A stretch of 63,514 nt of DNA, filler included, from Octopus bimaculoides (Eukaryota), in assembly GCF_001194135.2 (NCBI RefSeq). It is 6 parts of 5 records of this genome, joined end to end, with 100 filler letters (N's around TTAATTAATTAA, not from the genome) between each part and the next. Parts side by side here need not be neighbours in the genome. Positions count along the whole stretch, not along the records: positions 1 to 21,916 come from NC_069006.1; 5 more parts are not named here. One strand, 5' to 3'. The notes under the pieces are model-generated. The model made no database searches, was not told the origin of the DNA, and worked only from the letters and a program-made list of their open reading frames with translations. This document shows, one piece after another, positions 1 to 11,386 of the stretch. The translations under genes and the position numbers were made by a program. The stretch's first letter is position 1. The number at the start of each line of letters is the position of its first letter.

Positions 1-60
1 ACCATGGTTTCACCTGTTAAAATTTACATAAGTAAATATCTGCAGGATCATCAGCGTAGT
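1..60 (-). ncRNA. Minimal type I hammerhead ribozyme motif (truncated by the window start)
   Basis: Minus strand CTGATGA-T-CCTG...CAGG-T-GAAAC-CATG-GT. Helix III is the palindrome ACCATGGT. The cleavage base and 3' strand of helix I lie outside the window. Confidence 0.6.
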
Positions 61-847
61 CTGTCGATTTAAAAATATAATTTCCAGAACTAGATATAAG
101 ACGTTCACCCGAAAGAGAATGTGTAGAGTTCTACAAATTACATTCAGTGTATCCCTTCAAATGTCTTCAATCTGGCGTGCTAAGTCTGGAAATAACTTTG
201 CAGTTAATAAATTTTTGCAGCTGATTTACCGGTTTGAGAACATCATTATTTAAAATTTATTAATAAGAGTAGAAATTGATATTAATCAATTAAAACCAAT
301 GGTCTAGCAGATTAAAAAAAATCCGAAGATTAAAATTATATTATATGCAAGAATAAGAGGAATGGCCAGCAAAAGTGGACTCCTATATGCTAGAAATAGA
401 TGCCGAATCATCTAACCACGAAAAAATATGTTCTCTNNNNNNNNNNNNNNNNNNNNNNNNNNNNNNNNNNNNNNNNNNNNNNNNNNNNNNNNNNNNNNNN
501 NNNNNNNNNNNNNNNNNNNNNNNNNNNNNNNNNNNNNNNNNNNNNNNNNNNNNNNNNNNNNNNNNNNNNNNNNNNNNNNNNNNNNNNNNNNNNNNNNNNN
601 NNNNNNNNNNNNNNNNNNNNNNNNNNNNNNNNNNNNNNNNNNNNNNNNNNNNNNNNNNNNNNNNNNNNNNNNNNNNNNNNNNNNNNNNNNNNNNNNNNNN
701 NNNNNNNNNNNNNNNNNNNNNNNNNNNNNNNNNNNNNNNNNNNNNNNNNNNNNNNNNNNNNNNNNNNNNNNNNNNNNNNNNNNNNNNNNNNNNNNNNNNN
801 NNNNNNNNNNNNNNNNNNNNNNNNNNNNNNNNNNNNNNNNNNNNATA

Positions 848-1286
848 AATTTTTGCAGCTGATTTACCGGTTTGAGAACATCATTATTTAAAATTTATTA
901 ATAAGAGTAGAAATTGATATTAATCAATTAAAACCAATGGTCTAGCAGATTAAAAAAAATCCGAAGATTAAAATTATATTATATGCAAGAATAAGAGGAA
1001 TGGCCAGCAAAAGTGGACTCCTATATGCTAGAAATAGATGCCGAATCATCTAACCACGAAAAAATATGTTCTCTTTCGTGGTTTGATGATTTGGCATCTA
1101 TTTCTAGCATATAGGAGTCCACTTTTGCTGGTCATTCCTCTTATTTTTGTATGTAATATAATTTTAATCTTCAAATTTTTTTAATATGCTAGACCATTGG
1201 TTTTAATTGATTAATATCAATTTCTACCCTTATTAATACATTTTATATAATGATGTTCTCAAACTGGTAAATTAGCTGCAAAAATT
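848..1286. repeat. Long imperfect palindrome (~215-bp arms, ~12-nt loop)
   Basis: 1074-1286 is the reverse complement of 848-1061, e.g. aatttttgcagc/gctgcaaaaatt and ggactcctatatgctagaaatagatgcc/ggcatctatttctagcatataggagtcc. Confidence 0.9.
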
Positions 1287-1420
1287 ATGAAAACAGTTGT
1301 GGAATCTTTGCTTTTTTTTGCTACTTTAAGTACATACATAAACATACATACATATTCTAATTAACTAGTCATTTATCAGTTACTTTACTCTCTCTCTCTT
1401 GCTCTGCCTATCTATCTGTA

Positions 1421-1486
<66 letters not shown>

Positions 1487-1616
1487 ATCTATCTGTGTAT
1501 CTATCTATCGATATATCTGTCTGTCTGTCTATTGCCTGCCTGCCTGTCTGTCTGTCTGTCTATCTCTTTAGGTACCCCAGCCTTCAGTCACAGTATCTTC
1601 CTATCTATATTTGCAG

Positions 1617-1736
1617 GTCAACATATGCCACAATGGATGGCCCGTCCAGAAAATACGTCCAACTGCCCTCCTGGCCTGGAATACTTGACCATGGTGGATC
1701 AAATTCTCATACAACAACAAGTGGATGCTTTGGAGA
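1617..1736 (+). CDS. PLSCR: Phospholipid scramblase (PLSCR family), internal exon, first visible
   Basis: tttgcag|GT...GAGA|gtaagt splice sites. Translates [39 protein letters not shown], matching the scramblase [15 protein letters not shown] motif. Phase 1 at both ends. Confidence 0.95.
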
Positions 1737-2042
1737 GTAAGTCCTGGCTAATGTTAGTGGTCTAACTGATGTTGAATGTACCTTACTGTGAAATCCTTGG
1801 TCTAAATGTTTGTTAGTTTAACTTTTTGGAGGTTTAACTAATTTTAAGCGGACTATTTGGTTGTCTGATTATTGATCCTTCCTCAAGGAGTCAAAATCAT
1901 GATGATATCTGAACTGCAGCTGATGTGGGAAGCTCCCTCATTGTGTTAAATATGTTTTATCTCTGTTTACTGTTATTGTTCTGTTGAATTTGTTTTACTT
2001 ACATAGAAAAGAAGAAGCTCTCAAGTTACTTGGTTCCTTGAG

Positions 2043-3490
2043 AGGGTGCTAGGTCGATTTGTCCCCAGTTATTTCGTCATTGGTTAATTCGTCTCTGGTC
2101 AATTCGTCGTTGATCAATTTATCCCCAGGTCAATTAAACCACTGTACATTGTTGCAAATACCTCCATTTGTACAGCTTAATGGGAATATTAGACGTTGGA
2201 GTCAAGCTGATTCCAACTACCCTGACACCCCACTTACAATTGTTGGGGTTTCCATTCCTAGTGAATATTCCTGCCTTTACAATGAAGAAATGTTTTTACA
2301 GAATGACAGCAAGATGGAAGATTCAAAACGAATATCAATATTTGCAAGTGACGAATCACTTCGACAGTTAAAACAGCACAAGAACTGGGCGGCAGATGGA
2401 ACATTCNNNNNNNNNNNNNNNNNNNNNNNNNNNNNNNNNNNNNNNNNNNNNNNNNNNNNNNNNNNNNNNNNNNNNNNNNNNNNNNNNNNNNNNNNNNNNN
2501 NNNNNNNNNNNNNNNNNNNNNNNNNNNNNNNNNNNNNNNNNNNNNNNNNNNNNNNNNNNNNNNNNNNNNNNNNNNNNNNNNNNNNNNNNNNNNNNNNNNN
2601 NNNNNNNNNNNNNNNNNNNNNNNNNNNNNNNNNNNNNNNNNNNNNNNNNNNNNNNNNNNNNNNNNNNNNNNNNNNNNNNNNNNNNNNNNNNNNNNNNNNN
2701 NNNNNNNNNNNNNNNNNNNNNNNNNNNNNNNNNNNNNNNNNNNGAAATGTGTACAAGCATGTTGTGCAAGAAGAACTAAAATGCAGATATCACGAAGACG
2801 ACAGTTTTAGTCTAAAAATATGGTTGTTTTGTTGCTCTTGTTTTCCTGCAGGTTGATGATGTTGTCAATAGATATGAACAACTTGTAGATGATGATGATA
2901 TTCCACAGTCAATTGTATCCCATTTTGGAAGTATTTATATCGGACCACCTAGAGGAAGAGGACAGAGGAGGCGACGCCTTGAACCTCCATTATTTATTTG
3001 GAATGTTTGGGATCGATGTATGACGGGGATTGTTTGTACTACAAATAGTTTAGAAGCCTACCACAGCACGCTGAAAAACACATTGAATATTAGTCATTCA
3101 AGTATTTGGAAACTTATTGATGTGAGGAAAGGTTTGCCAGTATCAAATTGCAGAAGTTTATGCAAGGAGAAGAACCAAACCAAAAGAAAAAATACAGAGA
3201 TATGAACCTGCATATAAAGAAATGTCATGGAAAAATATGATCCAAGCCAAGAAATTATTTTTCTAAAAGCAATTGCATACAATCTTAAATTTTAAGAAAA
3301 AATAAATAATACAGCAAACCTTAAAATAAGCGTTTTTTTAAATTCAATTATTCGTTCTTCCATTTTTCCTATGATTTCAACAAAATTGACTGACGACGAA
3401 TTGACCTGGGGACGAATTGACCAACAATGAATTGACTGGGGACAAATTAAATGATGACAAATTGCCGTCAATGAATTAACCGGACACCCT
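2043..3490 (+). mobile_element. Mutator-superfamily (MULE/Phantom-like) DNA transposon remnant with sub-repeat TIRs
   Basis: Reads ...KNWAADGTF, then after the gap ...EPPLFIWNVWDRC...TTNSLEAYHSTLKNTLNISHSSIWKLID with stops and frameshifts. Both ends carry inverted arrays of AATT(T/C)GTCCCCAG(G)TC-like subrepeats, and the termini are AGGGTG/CACCCT. Confidence 0.8.
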
Positions 3491-3856
3491 TGAAAGATAT
3501 AATATAACTTTCTCCATACTGTTTTGTAAATAGCTAAAGTTTAATGAGGTAGTGATCCTGTCTCAAGGTGTTGAAACTATGTTGATATCTGATCAACAGC
3601 TGATGAAGGTGTGTTAAACATGCTTTTGTTTTTCATGTTTTTCACGTTAATATCTCTGTTTATTGTTACCATCCTGTAGACACTCTCAAGTTTCTCGGTT
3701 CTTTGAGAGATATAATTTTTTCCATAGATATACACTGTTTTGTAGACAGCTGTAGTTTGGTGAGGTTGAAAAGTCATTCAACATTTTCTCTATTTATGTT
3801 TTATCCCATTCTTTAAATAATTTCCTTTTTTTTCCTTCTTCATTTTATTTCTCCAG

Positions 3857-3934
3857 CTTTCACCTCATTTGAATCTTCAAACAAATACACTGTCCTTAAT
3901 TCTTTGGGTCAGCAGGTTTACATAGCAGCAGAAG
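3857..3934 (+). CDS. PLSCR: PLSCR exon
   Basis: ttctccag| ... |gtaaga. (T)FTSFESSNKYTVLNSLGQQVYIAAE matches PLSCR GFETNNKYEIKNSFGQRVYFAAE. Phase is compatible with both flanking exons. Confidence 0.95.
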
Positions 3935-4262
3935 GTAAGATGGAGGATTTGCTACTTTTTCTCTATTCCAACTCTCTCATACCCCTTCTCCCCCCCCCCC
4001 CCCACTTTCCTCACACTCTCCCTCATCCCTTTACACACCTTTCTTCTTTTATTGTTCTTTATAGAAAAGAGTCACAGCAAACTTACCAAAATCAATTTTT
4101 ATCTCAAATTTACACAAAACTTTACCTCGCTGGCCTTCATTGCCCCTTTTCTCTCCCTATATCACTATCTTCTCCTTTGTCATCTCCCTAATTTCTCTAA
4201 GTGCTCTCTAACCTCCCTCCGATCTTTCTTTCTAAGTGCCACCTCTCTCTTTCACCTTTCAC

Positions 4263-4322
4263 TCTACCTACCTACCTACCTACCTACCTACCTATCTATC
4301 TATCTATCTATCTATCTGTCTG

Positions 4323-4389
<67 letters not shown>

Positions 4390-4394
4390 GTCTG

Positions 4395-4434
<40 letters not shown>

Positions 4435-4445
4435 CCTATCTATCT
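4263..4445. repeat. Compound (CTAC)n/(CTAT)n microsatellite, representative of many SSRs (e.g. 1409-1560, 20840-21030, 50600-50740, 53737-53824, 59576-59857, 61118-61185)
   Basis: Direct inspection. These arrays generate most of the low-complexity ORFs in the track. Confidence 0.95.
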
Positions 4446-4644
4446 GTTCCCATCTATCTATCTATGTGTTTCATCTCTCTTTCTCTCACTTTCTTTCACC
4501 TTGTCATTCTCTGTTTCTCCCCCCCCTCTATGTGCCTCCTTACTCCCCCACTCTTCATTATCCCTTACTTCCTCCCACAAACTCTGTCTTCCCTCTCTCT
4601 CTCTCAATCTATTTATCTCTCTCTCTCTCTCTTTCTCTCCTCAG

Positions 4645-4721
4645 AATCAGAGTTATGCATGAGACAATGTCTGGGCAGCATGAGGGGTTTCGTCATGCAC
4701 ATGATTGATAATATGGGAAAG
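4645..4721 (+). CDS. PLSCR: PLSCR exon
   Basis: ctcctcag| ... |gtgagt. (E)[25 protein letters not shown] matches PLSCR [22 protein letters not shown]. Confidence 0.93.
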
Positions 4722-4962
4722 GTGAGTACCACCACCTCTTCTATCTATCTTGTAGAGTAGTAGTAAAAGCAGTAACAGTAGTTGTAGTTGTAGTGGTAGC
4801 AGCAGCAGGAGTAGGAGTAGTACTAGTAGTAGTAAGAATAGTAGTAGATGTCGTATGAGTAGTAACAGTAGTCAAAGTAGTAGTTGTAATAGTATTAGTG
4901 ATAATAGAAGCAGCAGTAGCAATTATTGCTGTATGTCTGTCAGTCTCTCCATTCATCCATCC

Positions 4963-5026
<64 letters not shown>

Positions 5027-5429
5027 NNNNNNNNNNNNNNNNNNNNNNNNNNNNNNNNNNNNNNNNNNNNNNNNNNNNNNNNNNNNNNNNNNNNNNNNNN
5101 NNNNNNNNNNNNNNNNNNNNNNNNNNNNNNNNNNNNNNNNNNNNNNNNNNNNNNNNNNNNNNNNNNNNNNNNNNNNNNNNNNNNNNNNNNNNNNNNNNNN
5201 NNNNNNNNNNNNNNNNNNNNNNNNNNNNNNNNNNNNNNNNNNNNNNNNNNNNNNNNNNNNNNNNNNNNNNNNNNNNNNNNNNNNNNNNNNNNNNNNNNNN
5301 NNNNNNNNNNNNNNNNNNNNNNNNNNNNNNNNNNNNNNNNNNNNNNNNNNNNNNNNNNNNNNNNNNNNNTATATGGTATAGTTTGGTACCCCCTTTTATG
5401 TGTTTCTTCTCTCTCTCCCCACACAACAG

Positions 5430-5560
5430 GAAGTAATGAAAGTGACCCGAGAGCTGAAATTTGGGGCTGGATGCTGTTGGTTTGCCTGTTGTAACCCTTG
5501 TTCTTTGGAGGTTGTCGTAGAAGCTCCTGTTGGCAAGGTTATTGGTAAAGTGAAACAACG
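5430..5560 (+). CDS. PLSCR: PLSCR exon with Cys-rich segment
   Basis: acaacag| ... |gtaagt. EVMKVTRELKFGAGCCWFACCNPCSLEVVVEAPVGKVIGKVKQ(R) has the Cys cluster followed by the conserved E.EAPPG..IG.V.Q-like motif. Confidence 0.95.
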
Positions 5561-5768
5561 GTAAGTCCTCCAAATAAAGCATCATGTGAACAGGTTTTTA
5601 CAGATGTTAGCTGGGTACCTTTTTTTTGGGGGGGGGTGTAGGGGGAACAGAATGCTTGGAAGTGCTGCTGTTGTTTAGTCCCAGGTCAGCCTTGATTAAA
5701 TCGATCTTTCCAGAGAAGAGAATCCAGTGCTGATGGCACGTATTAAGCATCTTTCAAGCATAGGTCAA

Positions 5769-5986
5769 TGCCAGTGCCCCCAACTGGCTCCTGTGCCAGT
5801 GGCACATATAAAACACCATAAAAGGCACCCACTACACTCTTGGAATGGTTAGCGTTATGAAGAGCATCCAGCTGTAGAAACATTGCCAAATCAGAATGGA
5901 GCCTGGTACAGCCTCCCGGCTTGCCAGTCAGTCAAACTGTCCAACCGATGCCAGAATGGAAACAGACGTTAAACGATGATGATGAT
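5769..5986 (+). mobile_element. SINE/LINE 3' tail repeat ending in (GAT)n (also at ~25010-25090, 36587-36735 minus, 62080-62358)
   Basis: The shared sequence aaaagcacccactacactct...gggcatccagctgtagaaa...gacgttaaacgatgatgat occurs in several copies. Confidence 0.75.
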
Positions 5987-5993
5987 TCAGATA

Positions 5994-7005
5994 TACGAGG
6001 ATTGTCTGAAAAGTTGATAGGCTGACCAAGATATTCTCATAGAATGGGACCAAATGAGGTTCATATTTCAACACATTTCCCTTTGCAGTCCACACATTTC
6101 TTCCATTAGTGTTGGAGTGTTTGGATCCTTTTGGTGAAGATGTTTTCATCCTGTTGGCCCCCAAAACTTATCAACAACAGATATGGTGCCATCATCACTG
6201 CAAAGTGTTTTTTCATGCTGGAGAACAGATGATTGTCAGATGGAGCCAAATCAGGTGATTAGGCGGGGGTAATCAACCAGTTCAAAGACACAGTCATGCA
6301 CAGCAGCCATGAAAATCAAGGACTTGTGTGCTGGGGCATTGTCCTGATGAAACAAGACCCCTTTCTTCAGTTTTCCTGGGCGTTTGGTCTTGATAGCTTT
6401 TCGTAATTGCCTCAGCAATTTGGCATAGTACTCTCCATTGATGGTGTGACCTTTTCGAAGATAATAAACACAATACCTTTTGCTTTACCAAAAGAAACTG
6501 AGGCCATCACCTTCCCTGCAGACGAAATGACTGTGGCCTTCTTTGGAGCAGGTGAGAAGGGATGTTTCCACTGCGTGGATTGTCTCTATGTTTCTGACTC
6601 AAAGTCATGAACCCAACACTCATCCTGGGTTAGGAAACGTTCAAAGAAACCAGCTGGACCTGCCTCAAACAATGTCAGATTTTCCTGAGTGGTGATCAGT
6701 CTGGTGTGCTTTTGATCAGGTGTCAGATGTGGCACTCACTGAGCAGAAACCTTTGTCATGTCAAGTTCATTGTGTAGAATATTCTCAGCTCTCTCATGGG
6801 ATATGCTAATAGCATTGGCTATTTGATTTACACTCAATCACCTGTTATCCATCACCATGTGGTGAACACAACCAATGTTTTCCCTAGGGCTGGCAGATGC
6901 AGGACATCCAGACTTTGGGTTATCTTCAATACTCTCCCTTCGTCTCCTAAATCCAGTTACCCACTTTTGCACTGTTGAGAAAGCTGGAGCATTATCCCCT
7001 AATGT
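5994..7005 (-). mobile_element. mariner transposon remnant
   Basis: GDNAPAFSTVQKWVTGFRRRRESIEDNPKSGCP (HTH region) plus frameshifted catalytic-domain pieces. The end TACGAGGATTGTCTGAAAAGT follows a TA dinucleotide. Confidence 0.8.
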
Positions 7006-7023
7006 AACACACACACACACACA

Positions 7024-7383
7024 TTTATTTCTTTACTGCCCACAGAGAGGCTAAATACAGAGGGGACAAACAAGGACAGACAAAGGGATTAAGTCGATTA
7101 CACTGACGCCAGGGCATAACTGGTACTTATTTAGTCGACCCTGAAATGATGAAAGGCAAAGTCGACCTCAGTAGAATTTGAACTCAGAATGTAACGGCAG
7201 ACAAAATACCTATTTCGTTATTGCCCACAAGGGGCTAAACATAGAGGGAACAAGCAAGAACAGACGAACGGATTAAGTCGATTACATCGACCCCAGTGCA
7301 TAACTGGTACTTAATTTATCGACCCCGAAAGAATGAAAAGCAAAGTCGACCTCAGCGGAATTTGAACTCAGAACGTAACGGCA
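7024..7383 (-). mobile_element. Two tandem copies of tRNA-derived SINE family B
   Basis: The reverse complement contains ttacgttctgagttcaaattcc.c.gaggtcgactttgc.tttcat.ctttc.gggtcga, shared with many copies in the window. Confidence 0.8.
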
Positions 7384-8580
7384 AAAAAGTTGCCATTCCT
7401 TGTGTTGCCTTATATATATATATANNNNNNNNNNNNNNNNNNNNNNNNNNNNNNNNNNNNNNNNNNNNNNNNNNNNNNNNNNNNNNNNNNNNNNNNNNNN
7501 NNNNNNNNNNNNNNNNNNNNNNNNNNNNNNNNNNNNNNNNNNNNNNNNNNNNNNNNNNNNNNNNNNNNNNNNNNNNNNNNNNNNNNNNNNNNNNNNNNNN
7601 NNNNNNNNNNNNNNNNNNNNNNNNNNNNNNNNNNNNNNNNNNNNNNNNNNNNNNNNNNNNNNNNNNNNNNNNNNNNNNNNNNNNNNNNNNNNNNNNNNNN
7701 NNNNNNNNNNNNNNNNNNNNNNNNNNNNNNNNNNNNNNNNNNNNNNNNNNNNNNNNNNNNNNNNNNNNNNNNNNNNNNNNNNNNNNNNNNNNNNNNNNNN
7801 NNNNNNNNNNNNNNNNNNNNNNNNNNNNNNNNNNNNNNNNNNNNNNNNNNNNNNNNNNNNNNNNNNNNNNNNNNNNNNNNNNNNNNNNNNNNNNNNNNNN
7901 NNNNNNNNNNNNNNNNNNNNNNNNNNNNNNNNNNNNNNNNNNNNNNNNNNNNNNNNNNNNNNNNNNNNNNNNNNNNNNNNNNNNNNNNNNNNNNNNNNNN
8001 NNNNNNNNNNNNNNNNNNNNNNNNNNNNNNNNNNNNNNNNNNNNNNNNNNNNNNNNNNNNNNNNNNNNNNNNNNNNNNNNNNNNNNNNNNNNNNNNNNNN
8101 NNNNNNNNNNNNNNNNNNNNNNNNNNNNNNNNNNNNNNNNNNNNNNNNNNNNNNNNNNNNNNNNNNNNNNNNNNNNNNNNNNNNNNNNNNNNNNNNNNNN
8201 NNNNNNNNNNNNNNNNNNNNNNNNNNNNNNNNNNNNNNNNNNNNNNNNNNNNNNNNNNNNNNNNNNNNNNNNNNNNNNNNNNNNNNNNNNNNNNNNNNNN
8301 NNNNNNNNNNNNNNNNNNNNNNNNATGCACATACAAACCCTCACATACACAAACATACACACCACCACCACCACCACCAGAAGCGCCTGGTTACACATAT
8401 ACAGCCACACACATTCATATATACTCACACACATACAGACACTCTGTCTCACATTCACTCAGACATACAGTGACATATGTAAACAGATAGACAGACAGAC
8501 AGACAGACAGACACATTGACAGCCATCTCTATAATCCCAGGTATCACTACATGGTTGTTATTATTGTCTATCCCAAACAG

Positions 8581-8683
8581 GTCCACAGTCCCGATATGTC
8601 CAGAAAAGTGGCCACAATCAGTAAGGAATTTAGTGGACTGGTTAAGGAAATGTTTACAAAAGCTGACAATTTTGGAATCTCAT
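8581..8683 (+). CDS. PLSCR: PLSCR exon
   Basis: cccaaacag| ... |gtaagt. VHSPDMSRKVATISKEFSGLVKEMFTKADNFGIS matches PLSCR [24 protein letters not shown]. Confidence 0.95.
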
Positions 8684-9225
8684 GTAAGTCAATTATCATT
8701 ATTATCCTTGTTATTATTATTATTACTATCAATTTTTATTATTATTATTGAGTGAGAGAGCAGTGCATGCCATCAAAGTGACACTGAGGTAAAATATACA
8801 AAGCCCAATATACCCATCATAACTACCTGTCTAATAAGGGTATACCAGGCACATGCATCACAACCATATGTGCACAACATGGTGGTCTCAAATCAAGATA
8901 AACAGCGCATGACCTTGCAGGTGGGACCCAATTAGAATTTTCTTCAGGTGGAGTAGTCCATCCCACTCAAAAGGTCCCTGAATAAGGGTTGTTTAAGGAT
9001 GTTGAACGAAACACCCATTATTCCAAAGGTGAATTATTCAAACCCAAAAGAATTCCTCTCAACACATGGCTATGATGCTCCCCCACTACTTCTGCTCGTG
9101 ATGAGATATGCACATATTGTCGGCCACCAAGGGTTAAGGTCAAACAACTGACAAGCAAACCTGTGGTATTGAGCAGACTATTTCATACCAAGACAAAACA
9201 ATGCTATTATTATTATTATTATTAT

Positions 9226-10548
9226 CATTCAGTAGTTTTATTTTTATAACGTACTTTCACTTCACTACCGAGCGCAGCTCTGTGCGCCTTGGGTATGTGC
9301 TGTGGTTTGCTGTGGTGCTCTTATGTTTACTGTATTGAAAGTGTTTTGCGTAGAATGTGTGCAGTACCCAGCAGTGCAATTTTCTGTATGTTATATATAT
9401 TTGTAAGTCCTGGTGTTTTTGTTATGTATTTGTCTGAATATTTTTTTATTATACCTAAGGCACCTACTNNNNNNNNNNNNNNNNNNNNNNNNNNNNNNNN
9501 NNNNNNNNNNNNNNNNNNNNNNNNNNNNNNNNNNNNNNNNNNNNNNNNNNNNNNNNNNNNNNNNNNNNNNNNNNNNNNNNNNNNNNNNNNNNNNNNNNNN
9601 NNNNNNNNNNNNNNNNNNNNNNNNNNNNNNNNNNNNNNNNNNNNNNNNNNNNNNNNNNNNNNNNNNNNNNNNNNNNNNNNNNNNNNNNNNNNNNNNNNNN
9701 NNNNNNNNNNNNNNNNNNNNNNNNNNNNNNNNNNNNNNNNNNNNNNNNNNNNNNNNNNNNNNNNNNNNNNNNNNNNNNNNNNNNNNNNNNNNNNNNNNNN
9801 NNNNNNNNNNNNNNNNNNNNNNNNNNNNNNNNNNNNNNNNNNNNNNNNNNNNNNNNNNNNNNNNNNNNNNNNNNNNNNNNNNNNNNNNNNNNNNNNNNNN
9901 NNNNNNNNNNNNNNNNNNNNNNNNNNNNNNNNNNNNNNNNNNNNNNNNNNNNNNNNNNNNNNNNNNNNNNNNNNNNNNNNNNNNNNNNNNNNNNNNNNNN
10001 NNNNNNNNNNNNNNNNNNNNNNNNNNNNNNNNNNNNNNNNNNNNNNNNNNNNNNNNNNNNNNNNNNNNNNNNNNNNNNNNNNNNNNNNNNNNNNNNNNNN
10101 NNNNNNNNNNNNNNNNNNNNNNNNNNNNNNNNNNNNNNNNNNNNNNNNNNNNNNNNNNNNNNNNNNNNNNNNNNNNNNNNNNNNNNNNNNNNNNNNNNNN
10201 NNNNNNNNNNNNNNNNNNNNNNNNNNNNNNNNNNNNNNNNNNNNNNNNNNNNNNNNNNNNNNNNNNNNNNNNNNNNNNNNNNNNNNNNNNNNNNNNNNNN
10301 NNNNNNNNNNNNNNNNNNNNNNNNNNNNNNNNNNNNNNNNNNNNNNNNNNNNNNNNNNNNNNNNNNNNNNNNNNNNNNNNNNNNNNNNNNNNNNNNNNNN
10401 NNNNNNTATATTGCTACTTTTAACTAATTTTCCTCTTTTCAGGGTTGCTTTGGCACATTTTTCTAATCCGAATTTCATTTCTATTTCCTTGGTAAAGCCG
10501 TGTACTGTCTGTAGTAGTGTTTCTAGCTCTTTGTCGTTTTTTGCATAT
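9226..10548 (-). mobile_element. 5'-truncated R4/Dong-like non-LTR retrotransposon (RT end plus REL-endonuclease C-terminus)
   Basis: YAKNDKELETLLQTVHGFTKEIEMKFGLEKCAK...VGALGIIKK...IQKIALLGTAHILRKTLSIQ*, then a ~100-nt 3' UTR and an (AAT)n tail. Confidence 0.8.
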
Positions 10549-10549
10549 A

Positions 10550-10617
<68 letters not shown>

Positions 10618-10618
<1 letters not shown>

Positions 10619-11115
10619 TTTACTTTCAATCTGCATGTTTGTTACAGTCACTTGCTGAGACACACCCAGCATCTGTGGGCGAGCAAAGGATAAGAGATAT
10701 TATGATATGACTGAAAGCTTGGGAAGGGGAAGTAGTGAAATATCTTCATGTAATACAACACAGACATTTAAATGGATAGGGCTTGTCTAAGGATGTGGGC
10801 AGTACTTGTCAGCATACTCTTTTGAGACATGGTTCTCCTGAGATCTTATCTAGATGTTTCTGACATCTCTTTCTTATAACTAGGGCACCCACAATAACAG
10901 GAACAGTTCTTGCTTTAAGATGCCACATCTTTTGTCTTTCAAATTTCCAGGTCCTTATATTTACTTAGTTTGTCAAATTCCTTTGCAGATATATTTTTAT
11001 CAGTGGAAACACTTACATCTATTAGTCTACCAGTGTTTTCTTACCTGTCTTTAATAATTATGTCTAATCAATTAGCCTAGATTGTTCTGTCGGTGTTGAC
11101 TGGAAAATCATTTTT
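10618..11115 (-). mobile_element. Second R4/Dong-like 3' fragment (different subfamily)
   Basis: Decayed DFPVNTDRTI.AN.LDIIIKDR...LIDVSVSTDKNISAKEFDKLSKYKDLEI (PD-(D/E)XK region) ...TAHILRQALSI*. The 3' UTR differs from copy 1. Confidence 0.75.
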
Positions 11116-11116
11116 A

Positions 11117-11171
<55 letters not shown>

Positions 11172-11173
<2 letters not shown>

Positions 11174-11386
11174 GGTGGTAAGCTGGCAGAATCATTAAGA
11201 GGCCAGACAAAATGCTTAGCAGTATTTCGTCTATCTTTACGTTCTAAGTTCAAATTCTGCTGAGGTTGACTTTGCCTTTAATCCTTTCGGGGTTGATACA
11301 ATAAGTGCCAGTGAAACACTGGGGTCAATGTAATCGACTAGTCTCCTCCCACTAAATTTCAGGCCTTGAGCCTTTAGCAGAAAGGT
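11172..11386 (+). mobile_element. SINE family B (other copies ~37420-37600, 40110-40270, 49378-50270 cluster, 51495-51710, 55365-55770)
   Basis: Head ggcggcgagctggcagaatcgttagc with a B-box-like GTTCAAATTC; multiple near-identical copies. Confidence 0.8.

Noticed and set aside
209-1074. Direct repeat of ~225 bp on both sides of the 437-844 gap
   Set aside because: An exact duplication flanking an N-gap next to a palindrome is typical of an unmerged contig overlap.
7024-7383. CRISPR-like or satellite array
   Set aside because: These are two tandem SINE copies in a eukaryotic intron, with no repeat-spacer periodicity.
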